Positions 18,719-31,407 of a DNA stretch of 64,000 nucleotides are shown piece after piece. The translations under genes were made by a program, and so were the position numbers. The stretch is taken from NCBI RefSeq assembly GCF_009914755.1, contig NC_060936.1. The stretch is one strand, 5' to 3'. The notes under the pieces are model-generated. The model was given only the letters and a program-made list of their open reading frames with translations, was not told the DNA's origin and did not search any database. Positions within the stretch are counted from its first letter, which is position 1; every line of letters begins with the position of its first letter. The stretch comes from the human T2T-CHM13v2.0 reference genome, Homo sapiens.

Positions 18719-19741
18719 TTACAATTTGGCATGTTTTTGCAGTGGCTGGTACTGGTTGTTCCTTTCCATGTTTAGTGCTTCCTTCAGGAGCTGTTGTACA
18801 GCAGACCTGGTGGTGACAAAATCTCTCAGCATTTGCTTGTCTGAAAAGGATTTTATTTCTCCTTCAGTTCACTTATGAAGCTTAGTTTGGCTGGGTATGA
18901 AATTCTGGATTGGAAATTCTTTTCTTTCAGAATGTTGAATGTTGGCCCCCACTCTCTTCTGGCTTGTAGAGATTCTGCCGAGAGATCAGCTGTTAGTCTG
19001 ATGGACTTCCCTTTGTGGGTAACGTGATCTTTCTCTCTGGCTGCCCTTAACATTTTTTCCTTCATTTCAACTTTGGTGAATCTGACAATTATGTGTCTTG
19101 GAGTTGATCTTCTTGAAGAGTATCTTTGTGGCATTCTCTATATTTCCTTAATTTGAATGTTGGCCTGCCTTGCTAGTTTGGGGAAGTTCTCCTGGATAAT
19201 ATCCTGCAGAGTGTTTTCCAACTTGGTTCCATTCTCCCTGTCAATTTCAGGTACACCAATGAGACGTAGCTTTGGTCTTTTCACATAGTCCCATATTTCT
19301 TGGAGGCTTTGTTCGTTTCTTTTGATTCTTTTTTCTCTAAACTTCTCTTCTCACTTCATTTCATTCATTTGATCTTCCATCACAGATACCCTTTCTTCCA
19401 GTTGATTGAATCAGCTACTGGAGCTTGTGCATTCGTCACGTAGTTCTTGTGCCATGGTTTTCAGCTCCAGCAGGTCCTTTAAGGACTTCTCTGCATTGGT
19501 TATTCTAGTTAGCCATTCATCTATTCTTTTTTCAATGTTTTTAAACTTCTTTGTGATGGATTCGAACTTCCTCCTTTAGCTTGGAGAAGTTTGATTGTCT
19601 GAAGCCTTCTTCTCTCAACTCGTCAAAGTCATTCTCCGTCCAGCTTTGTTCCATTGCTTGTGAGGAGCTGTGTTCCTTTGGAGGAGGACAGGCACTCTGA
19701 TTTTTAGAATTTTCAGTTTTTCTGCTCTGTTTTCTCCCCAT
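18719..19741 (-). pseudogene. L1 ORF1, disrupted
   Basis: MGRKQSRKTENSKNQ start at 19741; RHIIVRFTKVEMKEKMLRAAREK; stop at 19541 and a 5-bp duplication near 18865. Confidence 0.93.
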
Positions 19742-20312
19742 CTTTGTGATTTTATCTACCTTTGGTCTTTGATGATGGTGACATACTGGGTTTTGGTGTG
19801 GATGTCCTTTTTGTTTGTTAGTTTTCCTTTTAACAGTCAGGACCCTTAGCTGCAGGTGTGTTGGAGTTTGCTGGAGGTCCACTCCAGACCCTGTTTTTCT
19901 GGGTATCAGCAGCAGAGGCTACAAAACAGCGAATATTGCTGAACAGCAAATGTTGCTGTCTGATTGTTCCTCTGGAGGTTTCGTCTGAGAGGGACACCTG
20001 GCCGTGTGAGGTGTTGGTCTGCCCCTACTGGGGGGTGCCTCCCAGATAGGCTACTTGGGGGTCAGGGACCCACTTGAGGAGGCAGTCTGTCTGTTCTCAG
20101 TTCTCAAACTCCATGCTGGGAGAAACACTACTCTCTTCAAAGCTGTCAGACTGGGACATTTAAGTCTGCAGAGGTTTCTGCTGCCTTTTGTTCAGCTATG
20201 CCCTGCCCCCAGAGGTGGAGTCTATGGAGGCAGGCAGGCCTCCTTGACCTGTGGTGGGCTCCACCCAGTTCGAGCTTCCTGGCCACTTTGTTTACCTACT
20301 GAAGCCTCAGCA

Positions 20313-20444
20313 ATGGCAGGCACCCCTCCCCCAGCCTTGCTGCCACCTTGCAGTTTGATCTCAGACTGCTGTGCTAGAAATGAGCAAGGCTCTGTGCCTC
20401 TGAGCCAGGCATGGGATATAATCTCCTGGTGTGCTCTTTGCTAA
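20313..20444 (+). pseudogene. L1 antisense ORF0 remnant (43 aa, frameshifted)
   Basis: MAGTPPPALLPPCSLISDCCA matches the primate ORF0 N-terminus; a small deletion near 20393 shifts the frame. Confidence 0.75.
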
Positions 20445-20720
20445 GACCATTGGAAAAGTGCAGTATTAGAGTGGGAGTGATCCGATTTTCCAGGTGCCAT
20501 CTGTCACAGCTTTGCTTGGCTATGAAAGGGAATTCCCTGACCCCTTGCGCTTCCCAGGTTAGGTGATGCATCGCCCTGCTTTGGCTCATGCTCAGTGTGC
20601 TGCACCCACTGTCTGACAAGCTCCAGTGAGATGAACCCGGTACCTCAGTTGGAAATGCAGAAATCACCCATCTTATGCATCGCTTAGGCTGAGAGCTATA
20701 GACTGGAGCTGTTCCTATTC

Positions 20721-20865
20721 AAAGTCTTAATAGATTTTAAAAGCTAAATATTTTACAAAGCATACACTACAAACACAACACAGGACCATATGTTAGGCCA
20801 CAAATAAAGTCTTAATAGATTTTAAAAGCTAAATATTATAGAAAGCATATACTACAAACACAACA
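20721..20865. repeat. 85-bp tandem duplication in the host L1
   Basis: aaagtcttaatagattttaaaagctaaatatt...tacaaacacaaca starts at both 20721 and 20806. Confidence 0.93.
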
Positions 20866-20932
20866 TAATGAAGTTAGAAATCAATAAGAGACGGAAAACC
20901 ATTCACAAATTTGTGGAAATTAAAACAATTAT

Positions 20933-21229
20933 ATTTTTTTTGAGATGGAGTCTTGCTCTGTTTCCCAGGCTGGAGTGCAGTGGCACAATCTTGGCTCACT
21001 GCAACCTCCGCCTCCCAAGTTCAAGTAATTCTCTGCCTCAGCCTTCTGAGTAGCTAGGATTACAGGCACCTGCCACCACACCCAGCTAATTTTTTTATTT
21101 TTTTTATTTTTAGTAGGGACAGGGTTTCACCATCTTGGCCAGGCTGGTCTTGAACTCCTGACCTCATGATCCACCTGCCTTGGCCTCCCAAAGTGCTGGG
21201 ATTAGAGGCATGAGCCACCACACACAGCC
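20933..21229 (-). mobile_element. AluS
   Basis: Full dimer; TSD approximately taaa(a)caat. Confidence 0.93.
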
Positions 21230-21829
21230 TAAACAATACATTCTTAAACAACCAATGCATTGAAGAAGTGACAAGGGAAGTTAGAAAAAACTTAGAGATT
21301 AATGAAAATGAAAGGACAACATACTAAAACTTATGAGATTCAGTGAAAGCAGTGCTAAAGGGGGAAATTATAGCTATCAATTTTTTTCATTTTAAAAAAA
21401 GAAAGACCTCAAGCCAACAACCTAACTTTAAAACTTAAAGAACCACAAAAAGAAGAACAAACTAAACCCAAAGCTAACAGAAGAAATGAAATTGTAAAAA
21501 TTAAAGCAGAGATAAACAAAATAGGGAGGAAAAAATGACAAAATCAACAAAACCAAAGTTAGTTTTTTGAAAAGATCAACAACATTAACACACCTTTAGC
21601 CAGATAAACTAAGAAAATGAGAGCGAAGATTTAAATTACTAGACTCGGAAATGAAAGTGAGGACATTACTATCAATTCTACATAAATATAAAGGATTATA
21701 AGAGAGTAAATGAACTATTGTAGGGCAAAAAATTGGTTACCCTGGATGAAATGGACAAATTCCTAAAAACACAAAATCTTCTAAGGCTAAATCACTAAAA
21801 AACAGAAAATTTGAATAGACCTACAACTA

Positions 21830-22178
21830 TAGCTTCCGTATCCCTTACCTGAAATACTTGGAACCAGAAGTGTTTCAGATTTTGAATTTTGGAATATTTG
21901 CATATACATAATGAGATATCTTAGGGATGGGACTCAGGTCTAAACATGACATTTATTTATGTTTCATATACATCTTACACACATAAAGTGAAGATAATTT
22001 CTCCACTATTTTAAATAATTTTGTGCATGAAATAAAGTTTTGACTGAGTTTTGACAGCAACCCTCACATGAGAGTCAGGTATGAAATTTTCTACTTGTGG
22101 TGTCAAATGAAGGGTCAAAAAGTTAGATTTTGGAAGATTTTGAATTTTGGATTTTCAGATTAGGGATGCTTAACTTAC
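21830..22178. mobile_element. Tigger4/Zombi-like (MER46 family) DNA transposon derivative
   Basis: gtatcccttacctgaaatacttggaaccagaagtgtttcagatttt ... ttttcagattagggatgcttaac, with degraded terminal inverted repeats, inserted in L1 ORF2. Confidence 0.8.
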
Positions 22179-22337
22179 AGTAAGAAGATTGAATCACTAA
22201 TCAAAAATTTTCACCAAAGAAAATCCCTGGACCTCATGGCTTCACTGTTGAAATTTACCAAGACTTTTAAAAAGAACAAACACCAATACTTGTCAAACTT
22301 TTCAAAAATTTGAAGAGGAAGAAGTACCTCCTAACTC

Positions 22338-22651
22338 TTTCTTTTCTTTCTTTCTTTTTTTTTTTTTTTGAGACAGTTCCTCACTCTGTCACCCAGGCTG
22401 GTGTGCAGTAGTATGATCATAGCTCACTGAAGCCTTAAACTCCTAAGCTCAAGCAATTCTCCTGCCTTAGCTTCATGAGTAGTTAGGACTACAGGTACGT
22501 GCCCCCTCACCTGGCTACTTTTTAAGATTTTTGTAGATACAGGGTCTCACTTTGTTGCCCAGGCTGCTCTCAAACTCCTGGGTTCAAGAGATCCTCCTGG
22601 CTTGGCCTCTCAAAGTGCTGAAATTACAGGTGTGAGCCATTGTGCCCAGCC
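22338..22651 (-). mobile_element. AluJ
   Basis: gatcatagctcactgaagcc; TSD cctaactc. Confidence 0.9.
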
Positions 22652-24218
22652 CTAACTCATTTATTGATTCCAGCATTACCCTGATGCTAAAACCAAAGAC
22701 ATTACAAGAAATGAAAACTACAGATTCATATTTCTTATGAACATGGAAAAATTTTCAACAAATTACCGGCAGATTGAATTCAGTAGCATATTGAAAGGAT
22801 TATACACCATAACCAGGTGAGATTTATTTGTGAAATGCAAGGATGACACAGCATATAAAAATCAATCAATATAATACAGATCTGGTGTAATATACCATTA
22901 ACAGAATGAAGGAAGGAAACCACATAATCATGTCAATTGATACAGAAAAAAATCATTTGATAAAAACATCTCTTCATTATAAAAACCTTCAAGAAACTAG
23001 CAATAGAAGGAAACTACTTCAACTTAATAAAATCCATGTATAAAAATCCACAGCAACCATTGTGCTCAATGGTGAAAGATTGAAAGTTTTCCTCTAAAAT
23101 TAGGAACATGGCAAGGATGCTTGTTTTTGCCACTTTTATTCAACATTGTACTGGAAGTTCTAGCCAGAGCAATTAGGCAAGTAAAAGGAATAAAAGGCAT
23201 CCAAATTGAAAAGAAAGAAGTAAATTATCTGTTTGTAGATTATATAATCTTATAGGTAGAAAACTCAAAAACTCTACCAATAAATGTTAGAACAAATAAA
23301 TAAATTAAGAAAATTAGCAGGATATAAATTCAACATACACACACATATACATACACACAAACAAAAATCAGTTGTATGTCTATATACTAAAAATAAACAA
23401 TCCAAAAATATTAAGAAGACAATTCTGTTTATAATAGCATCAAAAGGATAAAATATTTAGGGATTAACTTAACCAAAGGGGTGAAAGACTTGTACAATGA
23501 AAACTATAAAACATTGCTGAAAGAAACTAAAGAAGGCAAAATAAATGGAAAGACATTCCATGTTCATGGATTGGAAGACTTACTATTGTTAAGATGTCAC
23601 TACCACCCAAAATGATCTACAGAGTTAATGTAATTCCTATCAAAATCCAAATGATGTTTTTTGCAGAAATGGAAAAACCCATTCTAAAATTTACATGAAA
23701 TCTTGAGAGACCTTGAATAGCCAAAGCAAAAAGAACAAAGAACAAAAAACAAAGCTGGAGGACTCATACTTCCTGATTTCAAAACTTACTACACAGTGGC
23801 AGTAATCAAAGTACTATGGTATTAGAATAAAGACAGACATATTAACCAATGGAATAGACTAAAGAGCCCAGAAACAAACCCTTGCAAATATGGTCAAATG
23901 ATTTTCAGCCAGGGTGCCAAGACAATCCAATGGAGAAAAAGATAGTCTTTTCAACAAATGGTGTTGGGAAACTTGATCTCCACATGGAAAAGAATGAAGT
24001 TAGACCTTTACTTAACACTGTATGCAAAAAATAACTCAAAATGGGCTCATGATGTAAAATGTAATGCCTAAAGCTATAATTAGAAGACATAGGGCAAAAG
24101 CTTTATGACATTGGATTTGACAATGATTTTGCCAAAATCATTGAAACACAGGCAACAAATAAAAATTAGACAATTGGATTTCATGAAAAAATTATAAAAT
24201 TTGTGCATCAAAAGTCAT

Positions 24219-24331
24219 TATTGGTGGTGATGCACAACATTATAAGTGAATTTAATGTCATTGAACTGTATACCTAAAAATTGTTAAAATGGTAAATCTT
24301 GTGTGTATTTTGCTACAAAAAAATGGAAAAA
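24219..24331 (+). mobile_element. Short L1M 3'-terminal fragment nested in the L1MB ORF2
   Basis: ggtggtgatgcacaacatt...gaactgtatacctaaaaattgttaaaatggtaaat plus A tail interrupts ORF2-like sequence. Confidence 0.65.
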
Positions 24332-25524
24332 ATGGCAATATTATCAGAGTAACAAAGCAGCCCATAGAATGGGAGAAAATATTCATAAATCACATATCTA
24401 ATAAAGGATTAATGTCCAGAATACATAGAGTGCTTCTAAAACTAACAACTTGATTCAGATATAGGCAAAGAACTCGAATAGACATTTCTCAAGAGACAAC
24501 ATTACAAATGACCAATAACCACACAAACCGCTCAACACTAGGAAAAGGCAAATCAAAGCTAAAATGAGTGCCAACTCACACCCATTAGGATGGCTACTAT
24601 TAAAATAAATAAATAAAGTTTTGGTGAGGATGTGGGAAAATTGAAACCCTTGTGCACTGTTGGTGGTAATGTAAAATTGTGCAGCCACTGTGGAAAACAA
24701 TATGGCTACTTTGCAAAAACTTAAGAATAGAATTACCATATAATCCAATAATTGCACTTCTGGTTATATACCTAAAATAATTGCAAGAAGGGTGTTAAAG
24801 AGATGTTTGTACACACATATTCATAGCAGCATCATTCACCATAGCTGAAATGTGGATGCAACTCCTTGTGTTCGTGGATGGATGAATGGATAAGCAAATA
24901 TGCTCTATACATACAGTGTTATAGTATTCAGCCTTAAAAACGAGAACATTGACATATGCTGCAACATGGAAGAACCTTGAGGATATTATGCTAAGTGAAG
25001 TAAGCCAGTCATAAATGACAAAACTGTATGATTTCACTTATATGAGGTACTTAGAGTAGTCAAAGTCATAGAGACAGAAAGTAGAATGATAGTCGCCAGA
25101 GGCTAGGGGAAGAATATATTAGGGAGCTATTGATATAGAGTTTCAGTTTTGCAAGGTGAAAAGAGTTTCCGAGATGGAAGGCAGTGATGGTTGCACAGCA
25201 GTATAAATATACCACTGAACTGTACACTTCAAAATGGTTAAAATGATAAATTTTATGTCATGTGTCTTTTACTGCAATTTTTAAAAACTATCTGAGAGGG
25301 AATCCGAGAAATTTTCCTGTGAGCAATGAGTGTGAATTTTAATGCATGAAGTTTATAAAATCTACTTGGACTATTTATACATCCTTTTTGTTTCTTTCCC
25401 GATTCCCGGCTCTATTTTATTCAAAGAAGCTTGCCAAATAGTTGAGTCCTAAACAGATGAAATTCTTTCACAATTTGTTTTCCAGGTTTCTTTGCTCTTA
25501 TCTAGATTCATAACATATAAAGTT

Positions 25525-25770
25525 ACTATAGTGGAATGGGTAAAAACTTACGCTCTGGGGTTAGATCTGAAAAAGTCGGAAAGACCTGGGTTTGAATCTG
25601 AGCTCCACAGGTGACTTTGGGAAGTTAGGCAACGTCTCTAAGCCTCAGTTTGTTCATTTGTGAAATGAGGATAATGTTTCCTTTGTGGTCTCTTGTGGGT
25701 ATTGAAGACAAAATGGATATGTAATGATAAAATGCACAGTGTCTGAAACCAGTAAAAGATAATGCACGTT
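25525..25770 (+). mobile_element. MIR
   Basis: gacctgggtttgaatctgagctccac...gcctcagtttgttcatttgtgaaatgaggataa. Confidence 0.75.
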
Positions 25771-26267
25771 GTTATACTGAGAAGCCCCGGCAGGAAGTGA
25801 CAGTATTGACTCGGTCTCTTTCTGTCTGCTGATGAGTTGATTTTGTCAGTATAATATAGCCAGCTCGCTTTGCAATGTGAATTGGAAATTTTGCCCAGAG
25901 CATTGTTCTATTGACTATAGACAAAAGCAACAGAACAAGAATTTTGTAATAGGCTTTATAAAAGCAAAAACAATTTAGCAATTAAATTTACAAAATAAGC
26001 AAGTAGAAAGTATCTTTATTTCACTTGAGTTTATCCTATAAAACTGGGCCTGAGTGGGTATATGGTTTCTTAAAATAAGGGTAAAATAAAACCTTTCAAG
26101 ACCTAGTTGTATAAAGTTGGTTTTCTCAAAAAGGCCTAGAAATTAGATATTCAAAAGAGATACTTTAAAAAAAACATTAATGTATAGATATGAAAATCTT
26201 CTTTACCAATTACTTTTTATTTGCTTTTTGGATAAAGCCTGTACATACACATATACATATACACACT

Positions 26268-26600
26268 TATGTATTATATATATATATATATAAAATATAT
26301 AATATGTATATTATATATAAAATATATAATATGTATATTATATATATAATATATAATATGTATATTATATATATATTATATATAATATGTATATTATATA
26401 TATAATATATATAATATGTATATTATATATATAATATACATATAATATGTATATTATATATATAATATATATATAATATGTATATTATATATATAATATA
26501 TATATAATATGTATATTATATATATTATATATATAATATGTATATTATATATAATATAGATTATATATACATACATTATATATGTATACTATATATATTC
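26268..26600. repeat. AT-rich minisatellite (~27-31-bp unit)
   Basis: About 10 copies of the core tatataatatgtatattatata with variable TA spacers. Confidence 0.95.
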
Positions 26601-26924
26601 ATATGGGTGTGTGTGTGTATTTTTAGTTTGCTTACTTACATTTTTTTCACAGAAAAAAGAAGAAATGTGCCATTATAAGACAATTGTGGTGAACTCACCC
26701 TTGATTCTACATCAGAAAAAGTGTGTTTGGGGTTTCAAACCCCTCTTCCTTTCACCTGCCCCCATCCCCAGTACCTTCTCTCTTCTTTATTCAGGCTCAA
26801 AGACAGCATATGAGAGTGTAAATGATTATGAAAGTATCTTTCTCACTTCTGAAGGCACAGAGAAGAAAAAAAGCATATCAACAACCTATGCACATGTGCA
26901 TTTAAAACATGACTGGGATTGAAA

Positions 26925-27205
26925 ACATATGTCCAAAGACTTGCCCAAGAATTTTCACAGCACCATTATTCATAAAGACAAAAAAGTGGAAACAACCCAA
27001 ATGTCCATCACCTGTACATTATAAATAAATAAAATGTGGTATATCCATATAATTAAATATATTTATATATAAATATGTGCATATTTATATTGAGTATATT
27101 AAACTCTGTGAATATACTAAAATCCACAGAATTGTACACTTTATAAGTATGAATTTTTATGGTATATGAATTATATCTAAATGAAGCTGTTAAAAAGAAA
27201 AAGAA
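26925..27205 (+). mobile_element. Old L1M 3' UTR fragments
   Basis: ggaaacaacccaaatgtccatca...; gaattgtacacttt...tatgaattatatct. Confidence 0.7.
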
Positions 27206-27363
27206 AAACACAACTGGCTTCTGGCAGAACAATTCTAATTTTTTATCATATAGATATTTAATTTCACCATAGAAGAGTTATAGCATTTTAATAAATGATC
27301 CTGAGGTTATTTATTAAAATTTATGTATTAAAATAACCCTGGGGTTATTTATTAAAATTGCAT

Positions 27364-27496
27364 AAGGCTGAGGCAGGAGAATGGAGTGAACCCGGGAGGC
27401 GGAGCTTATAGTGAGCTGATTTCGCCTCACTGCACTCCAGTCTGGACGACAGAGCAAGACTCCATCTCAAAAAAAAAAAAAAAAAAAAAAAAAAAA
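27364..27496 (+). mobile_element. 5'-truncated AluY (distal right arm), long A tail
   Basis: ggagaatggagtgaacccgggaggcggagctt; pure A tail of ~27 nt; approximate TSD aaa(t)tgcat. Confidence 0.9.
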
Positions 27497-28854
27497 TGCA
27501 TGAAACCAGTAAATTTTTTTCTGAAAACATCTTTACCTTAGAAATCAGAGTTTTCTAGGAATAGCGGGGAACGTTAACAATAAATTTGCTTAAACCTTCT
27601 TGAAGGATTATGGTTTGCACTCTCTATTCACATTCACCAGTTGAAGCTTCTGAGGCATTGTTTGTTTTCTGAACGTTTAAAGCTTCCTAGAGAGGTTGAA
27701 GAATTCTTATTCTTATTAAGAGTGATGCCAAAACAGCCTTACACAATTGACAGGAAGAATTAAAGAGAATGACTAATGAAGTTCTAGAAAAGCTGTTTCT
27801 AAATTCTACCTCTGCTCTCTACCAGGATGAATAAGCCTTGTTTTCCTATGGCCAATTTATTTAAGCAACACATTATTCCAGAAATTGAGAAACTGGCAGG
27901 CAGTGATAAAAGTCCACTCTAAAAACAAGTTTGAGTTTTTTATTGTTTTTCCGTTTGATCCTCTTTAAGAATTAAAATGAACAATGTCATTAATATGCTA
28001 AAGTAAGGGAATTGGCTGAATAATATTACAGGCTTCAAGTTATGCAATATTCTAATCTCACAAGTATGGAAACTGATATTTTGGGGCTAGGGATCATTTC
28101 TTAATTTTCTATAGTAAAATTTCTACACACAAAAAAATACATAATGTGATCAGATTCAAAGTTTATTTGGATCACACATTTAATTATAATTATTGAGAAA
28201 AACTTATAAAACAGATTAGCAATTACTGCACAAATCTCCTTGGCCTGCTAACCATTATTACTATTAGTTATCAGAAATTATCTCTAATACTCAATGTGCT
28301 AATCCATTGCTAGTTCCTTTAAAAAAAAAAAAAAAAACTTCCAGCATTAAACAAACATTAATTAAAAGAGAGATCAAGACAGAATCAATCCTTGGCAACT
28401 TCTTTAAAGCCAAAAGATGATTCCTTCCTGGGTCCAAACAGCCCTCTTTTCTGCTGCTATCACCCAAGAATTCCATGCATAGCAATGCCTGAGGGCTATC
28501 GTGGAAAGAAGGACAAAGAAGCACTACTTGGTCAGTAACTAAGGAATAGCTGTACCCACTTCTGATACCCTGGGACTCACTCAAGTCAACTTCATTTTCA
28601 TCAGGTCTGCTCCTATACCATTCTAACATTTGTAGTTCACCAGTGATGTACTGTTCTTCTTTACAGCCTGTGCTTCTATTCTCACTACCTCTATTTTGCT
28701 TGTCAAGGCATATTTTTTCCATCCATGGACTTCACCTCTCCATTACCCACTTTGCACGCCAGTTTTGAAGAATATTTTCAAAGCTTTCTAGTATCCACTC
28801 ACCACTCTCAGCCTGATGGAACATGTTAACATGGTCATCACATGGTAGATCTTT

Positions 28855-29257
28855 CACTTGCGTCACGTCTGTGTGAAGAGACCACCAAACAGGCTTTGTG
28901 TGAACAACAAGGCTGTTTATTTCACCTGGGTGCCAGTGGGCTGAGTCCGAAAAGAGAGTCAGTGAAGGGAGATAGGGGTGGGGCCGCTTTATAGGATTTG
29001 GGTGGGTAGTGGAAAATTACAGTCAAAGGGGGTTGCTCTCTGGTGGGCAGGGGTGGGGGTCACAAGGTGCTCAGTGGGGGAGCTTTTGAGCCAGGATGAG
29101 CCAGGAGAAGGAATTTCACAAGGTAATGTCATCAGTTAAGGCAGGGACTGGCTATTTTCACTTCTTTTGTGATTCTTCACTTGCTTCAGGCCATCTGGAC
29201 GTACACATGCAGGTCACAGAGGATACAATGGCTTAACTTGGGCTCAGAGGCCTGACA
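28855..29257 (-). mobile_element. LTR7-family 3' LTR (LTR7B-like, tentative)
   Basis: Minus strand starts TGTCAGGCCTCTGAGCCCAAG after the PPT ataagaaggcaggaa; contains TATAAAA and AATAAA; ends ...ctcttcacacagacg. Confidence 0.9.
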
Positions 29258-29399
29258 TTCCTGCCTTCTTATATTAATAAGAAAAATAGCATAAAATAAT
29301 ATTGAAGTGTTGGGGTAGTATGGAGAGATAATGGGCGATGTTTCTCAGGGCTGCTTCAAGCAGGATCAGGCATGGCATGGGAACCTAGAGTCAGAGAGG

Positions 29400-31110
29400 T
29401 CAAGTTGAAGGAGGATTTTGTGGTAAGGGGTGATATTGTGGGGTTGTTAGAAGGAGCATTTGTCATATAGAATGATAGGTGATGGCCTGGAATGGTTTTG
29501 GATGAATTGGGAAACTAAATGGAAGATACAAGGTCCAATTAAAAGAAGGAGAAAAACAGGTATTAAAGGACTAAGAATTGGGAGGACCCAGGACATCCAA
29601 TTAGAGAGTGCCCAAGGGGGTTCAGCATAATTACTTGCTTGGTTGGTGAGTTTTTGGGCTCTATCATTGAGTTTTTTTATGTCATCATACACCAGGCCAG
29701 ATTGATTTAGGTAAAAACAACACCTTCATTTAAGAATATACAGAGTCCTCCTTTTTCAGCAGTGAGTAAGTCAAGGCCTCAGCCGTTTTGGAGGACAACT
29801 GCAGCTAAAGAGTCAACTTGGGCCTGGAGGACTGACAAAGTTTGTGATATGTCTGTGATGCTAGCAGAGAAGTCATTAGAGAGGCTACGGAAGGTCATGA
29901 CAGAGGTTGAAATGCCTGCTATTCCAGTACTGAGAGCAATAATGTAGGCAGAAAGTCCTAAACTGACAAGCAAGGGAATTAGTGGCATAACTCTTTTTTG
30001 TCATGTCAGTGTTATGAGGGGAACAGGGAGCTCTTCGGTCCCATTTGCAAATTGAATTTTGGGAGTAAGGAAAACTAGTGTGCATGTGGCTGTCCAATTA
30101 GCAGGTAGACACATGTAGGTAGAGGATCCAGAGAGGAAGAAGAGATCTTGTGCGAGGCAAAACTGGAGATGCAAAGTAAAAAGGTGAGAAGGAGTGCTGA
30201 AAGAGGTGTCTTGTACCCAGACTCCTAGGGATCCAGCTAGGGCGGCAGCCATCAGAGGTTGTAATGGGGACTGATGGGGTAACTGTGTAGAGGGGGAGGT
30301 TCGATTTTCATGGTGTATGAGAAAATGTTGAGTGTCTACAAGCAAATTTTCACTGTTATTTATGGGGCTGGGTATAAGTAAACAAGAAGAGGACCTGGGA
30401 GCAGGGTCTGATGAGCAAGGGGAAGGTAGCCAAGGATGGAGTGAAATACAAGGTAAGTGTCTTCTTAAGCAATAATTACTGCTAATGTTTTTAAGTTTGC
30501 CAGTATTGATAGAGGGCTTGTCTGTAATACGGAGCTGGAAGGCTCCAATTGTTTCAGTGATGTGTGTAGTTGGGCTTTGGAGATGAAGAGTGAAGGAACA
30601 TCGAGAAGGTGAAAGGTTACCTAGGGGAATGCCAGTGGGTCTTTGCTGAGAAATACATAAAGGAGCAGCCACAGGAATAGTAGTTTTTGGTGTGAGGGGT
30701 CCAAATATGGGGGGAGTAGAGTTGATATAAGAAGAAAGGTTTTTTAAGTATGTGCAGAGGAGGGTGGCAGCTTGCTGATGTGAAATGTCTGGAGAGGTCT
30801 TGCTGGACCTGTCTAGAAAGTAAAGAAGTTCTTCAGGAGGGTAAAGGTGAGGGCTGTTAAAGAAGTTCAGAGGTGTAGGGAGACAGGAGATGTTGCCCAG
30901 TCTGTATGTAAGGCAGGGACAGCTGTGTAGGGGCTGGAAGAAAGGGAAATGCAAAGCCAGCAATTGTTCACGAAGGAGGGATTAAAAATGGCTGGGGAGA
31001 GGTAGAGGGTGACATAAGAATGAGAATGAGAATAAGAGTGAGTATAAAAGTAAAGAATAGAACTTCATCAGGGTGAAAGTATTGGAGGGTGCCCTGCCAG
31101 CAAAGATCAC
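29400..31110 (-). pseudogene. env: HERV-H env, nearly full extent but disrupted
   Basis: (V)IFAGRAPSN, MKFYSLLLYSLL, NNCWLC, FNSPHLYPPEELLYFLDRSSK, *QKR furin site, fusion peptide, LQNG*GLDLL ISD, CIFLNEGCC, WALSNWMSWVLP; frameshifts near 30990 and 30870, stops at 30001 and 29779. Confidence 0.92.
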
Positions 31111-31407
31111 CTATCCACCCTAAGAGGGAGTTAAGAGTGGTGGTTTGGGGATAGCACCAGGAGATATCAGCTGCGATGGCTTGGAGAAACAGTGTAAACC
31201 AGCAGTGTAAACAAGAGTAGGGCATTTATGAGTAGTTGAGAACAATGAATAGGAGTATGACTAGAAAGAAGATAGTAGGGATGACTAGGTTTTCGGGGGG
31301 CTCAGTCCAAGTAGTGGGGGTGACTGCGTAAAGCCCTGTTGCAAAAAGTAGGGTAAGGATGAACAGACCTAATGGAATGAAGGGATGTATTAGGCTCATA
31401 AGTGCTA

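Noticed and set aside
30001-30963. 320-aa ORF as an expressed secreted Env SU (suppressyn-like)
   Set aside because: It starts at a non-ATG codon in a non-env frame, is cut off from the signal peptide and CWLC by frameshifts, and the 5' LTR promoter is gone.
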